From contig NW_021827951.1 of the NCBI RefSeq assembly GCF_006345805.1, positions 1 to 9,515 of the forward strand: DNA of 9,515 bases, written 5' to 3'. Position 1 is the first letter of the stretch, and the number at the start of each line of letters is the position of its first letter. Source of the DNA: Octopus sinensis (lineage: Eukaryota). This document shows positions 6,838 through 9,515 of this stretch, in pieces. The notes beneath the pieces are model-generated. The model ran no database searches and had not been told where the DNA came from. It worked only from the letters and a program-made list of their open reading frames with translations. The position numbers and the translations under genes are program-made.

Positions 6838-7049
6838 TGATGTCAATGGTCATCTTCGAACCCGAAGGAAAAACATTATTAGTACGATCTATTCAGGGTA
6901 TATAATTGACTCTAAATAGTGTGTTTGTTATGGTATTTGCAAAGGGAGGTCATCCCTCCCTCGTCAACTTAAGTGATACGCACGGACTGCAGTTTCTAGG
7001 TATTGACCTGTCGTCGGCGTACGACAATCACCGGTTTTCGATGCAGGAA

Positions 7050-7086
7050 AGATAGATAGCTGGCTAGCTAGCTAGATAGATAGATA
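7050..7086. repeat. Degenerate (GATA/GCTA)n tetranucleotide repeat
   Basis: AGATAGATAGCTGGCTAGCTAGCTAGATAGATAGATA. Confidence 0.8.
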
Positions 7087-7344
7087 AAAGTTAGATACGT
7101 TTCAACCTTATCTATATGAGTGGGTGGGAAAGCATAAGAAGGGAACTCAACACATTTATATGAATCAAAACAGTTTCATTCAAAGTTCGTGCCACAAGCT
7201 TGTATGTCCGTATACATGCATAAACGCACCAACTCCTCACTCCCTACTTTATTCTCCATCAGAGAAGTGCTTTCCCACCTAAGTCCTCACACTTACCTCG
7301 TCCCGATTTTTTCCTCCTCCCTTGCATATTTTTCTATCTCATTT

Positions 7345-7672
7345 CATTTATGCTGACCATGGGATTGCATCTAGGAAGTTACCCTCCCAGGCACAAGTTC
7401 GGGCAAAGTTGTTTATGGAAGACCAGCAGTCGCCCATGCATACCGGCCTCCCCTCTCCACGCCACCAGTGTTATCCAAGGGAAAGGCAAAAAGGGGCTGA
7501 TACAGCTTGGTACCTGTGACGTTGCAACTCATTTCTACAGCTGAGTGAACTGGAGCAACGTGAAAAAAAGTGTCTTGCTCAAGAACACAACTCGCAGCCC
7601 GGTCCGGGATTCGAACTCACAACCTCACGACCGTAAGCTCGACGCTCTAACCACTGAGCCATGCACCTTCAC
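7345..7672 (-). mobile_element. tRNA-derived CORE-type SINE
   Basis: The minus strand begins GTGAAGGTGCATGGCTCAGTGGTTAGAGC (A box TGGCTCAGTGG) and has a B box AGTTCGAATCC. Then comes GTTGTGTTCTTGAGCAAGACACTT...CAGTTCACTCAGCTGTAGAAATGAG (+7528-7591), resembling the MIR/CORE domain (GTGACCTTGGGCAAGTCACTT...CAGTTTCCTCATCTGTAAAATGG). The 3' boundary is approximate. Confidence 0.8.
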
Positions 7673-7708
7673 ACACACACACACCACACACACACACCAC
7701 ACACACAC

Positions 7709-7760
<52 letters not shown>

Positions 7761-7770
7761 TATATATATA
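7671..7770. repeat. Compound (CA)n-(TA)n microsatellite abutting the SINE head
   Basis: Directly visible. Confidence 0.95.
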
Positions 7771-8467
7771 AGGACAGATATTAGTCTCATATCATGGCTT
7801 CGTGGAATCTAATGGAGTTCGGTCAATACAGTTTTCAACCAGCACTGAAAATGGCTATATCCAGTTTAGAATAAAATAACTGGACATAATAGACGTAATG
7901 TATGCGTGTGTCTATGTGTATGTGTGTTAACAGACAGTTGTTTATTTTTATCTATGGCTGGTGTATATTTTATGTATGTTCATTTTCGTTTTGTGCTGAG
8001 TTATTTGTATTGCTTCCACCAGAAACCCCCAATTTATTATCATAGGATGACGTTCTGTAGAATATAATTTCATTATCTGGTATTGTTCTTCTATCTGGTT
8101 TCATTATATAGCTATATGGTGTGCATTGAAATTGCACCTTATTATAAGTGTCTGCTAAGCTGATAGAAAAGTGGTGTAATTTTATGTGATATATTATAGA
8201 GAATGCTGCAGTGGCAGTTGAGAAGTTTACAACTTTCACTTTCACTATTGGATTCAGAAATAACATTTGTCATTAATAGATTGTTCTAGGATTTACAAGC
8301 TTTTGGTCTGTTATTGAAATACATTGAGATTCATATACGTCTATGGAAGCATTGAAACAACACTTTCACAAGCATAAAATCTTATCAACAAACACACTAT
8401 TTAGAAAAGTATGTAGGTACCCCTCCACAAACGAAGCACTTTTTTTCTTTTATAATTCTTCAGGAAA

Positions 8468-8667
8468 TACGAAGGCGTACTGAAAATTTTCTGGCTTTTG
8501 GGCTTTGGGTAAAAATAAAATACACGAGGATCGGTTAATTATGATTTTACTCAATATTTCGCAGATTGACATTTATTGAAGCGGTTGTTCCGTTGTTCTA
8601 AGCCCTGTAAAAGAACTCGGAAGGTTTGTTCTTCCGAGTTCCAGGAACTTTTCAGAAACCTCTCGTA
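8468..8667. mobile_element. Tc1/mariner-like MITE (~196 bp) with TA target-site duplication
   Basis: Left TA|CGAAGGCGTACTGAAAATTTTCTGG (8468-8494) vs reverse complement of the right end TA|CGAGAGGTTTCTGAAAAGTTCCTGG (8641-8667): 20/27 identical. A minus-strand frame QGLEQRNNRFNKCQSAKY* loosely resembles the mariner transposase C-terminal G-I-x-K-L-x-x-R-W-x-K-C pattern. Confidence 0.75.
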
Positions 8668-8957
8668 TAACTGTCACTGATCAGCAGTGGGTATTCTAAA
8701 GATCTTATCCGCCAATCAAAACATATACTTAACGACAAATAAAAGGCATTGATGATATGAGGTATTGCACCTATTAAAAACACTATAAATTCGCTCAAAA
8801 TGAGCAGGTTGTGAACCAAATGCATATTAACTACAAAGAGATAGAAACGTTGCTGGATGATCTACACGTCAAGTACTAAGTATACTGCAGTGAGCTCTAA
8901 ACCAATTATGTGTATTATAACAGGCCTTGTTTATTGCTTTCTCTCTCAAAATGGCAA

Positions 8958-9085
8958 AGTGTGTGTATGCGTGTATGTGATTATACGTATTGTAAATGTG
9001 CTTCTAAACATGTGTTCGTATGTGCATTGAATACGTGTGTGTGTGTGTGTGTGTGTGTAAGTGTGTGTGTGTGTGCGTGCGTGTT
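8958..9085. repeat. Imperfect (GT)n microsatellite
   Basis: Directly visible; purest at ~9035-9082. Confidence 0.9.
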
Positions 9086-9465
9086 ATGCAAATAAAATAT
9101 AATATGAAACGAGGTAAGTCAACAACAAAAACAAACGGAGCGTATTAGGTTTACGCTCAGGAAATCGGAAAAAAAAATAGAAGCAAAAGTCTTTTACGTT
9201 TCGTGTAAACATTCTTGTGAAAGACACAAAAGAATAGACAAAGAGAGAAGAAACCAAAAAACAAAAAAAAAATAGAAAAGAAGAGAAAACTGATAAAAGA
9301 GCGCACGTGTTCAGGCATGTTGGTAGAGTAGGGAGGGGTGAAATGAGAGACAAAACATATATATAAGGAAATGAAAGTTAGTAAAGTTAGTGAAGTCATG
9401 GCGGATTGGTGTGACAAAGATCAACAACAGAGCACAGTAAGATCCAAGACTGATCATAAATAAAC

Positions 9466-9515
<50 letters not shown>
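9466..9515. repeat. Perfect (ATCT)n tetranucleotide repeat running off the window edge
   Basis: 12.5 perfect ATCT units. Confidence 0.97.

Larger units (their letters stand above)
6107..6907. mobile_element. 801 bp near-perfect palindrome; probable foldback/hairpin-type non-autonomous DNA transposon (family unassigned)
   Basis: Left arm 6107-6489 is the reverse complement of right arm 6501-6907 around loop GAAATTCGGTA (6490-6500). By manual alignment the arms differ by 2 transitions, 5 single-base indels and one 29 bp repeat unit. Ends are AATTATATACCCTG...CAGGGTATATAATT with unrelated flanks. The palindrome itself is certain; the transposon interpretation is inference. Confidence 0.7.

Noticed and set aside
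6107-6907. Viral hairpin telomere (parvovirus/densovirus) or Polinton TIR
   Set aside because: No adjacent Rep/NS1, capsid, polB or integrase ORF, and no AGT-repeat Polinton ends.
7123-7279. 12 bp inverted repeat GGTGGGAAAGCA / TGCTTTCCCACC
   Set aside because: Does not extend, has no flanking TSD, and a few 12-mer inverted matches are expected by chance in 9.5 kb.
7970-8266. 98 aa non-repetitive minus-strand ORF (MLFLNPIVKVK...)
   Set aside because: No recognisable domain and no convincing splice sites; an ORF this long can occur by chance. A tBLASTn hit would reopen it.

Overview
AT-rich, microsatellite-dense eukaryotic intronic/intergenic DNA. The tRNA-derived SINEs match families I recall from octopus genomes, so the source is probably a coleoid cephalopod (inference, not database-checked). 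No protein-coding gene can be called with confidence, and nearly all listed ORFs are translations of simple repeats. The window holds a cluster of SINEs (three head-to-tail at 1085-1786, one on the minus strand at 2011-2325, a CORE-type SINE at ~7345-7672) and a ~2.4 kb compound microsatellite block (2646-5030). It also holds a ~200 bp mariner-like MITE with TA target duplication (8468-8667). The standout feature is an 801 bp near-perfect palindrome (6107-6907): 383 and 407 bp arms around an 11 nt loop, with internal 29 bp tandem units, repeated subterminal motifs and AATT at both ends, which looks like a foldback-type non-autonomous element. A speculative three-exon plus-strand reading frame (1-60, 837-881, 5082-5203) is offered only as a hypothesis.
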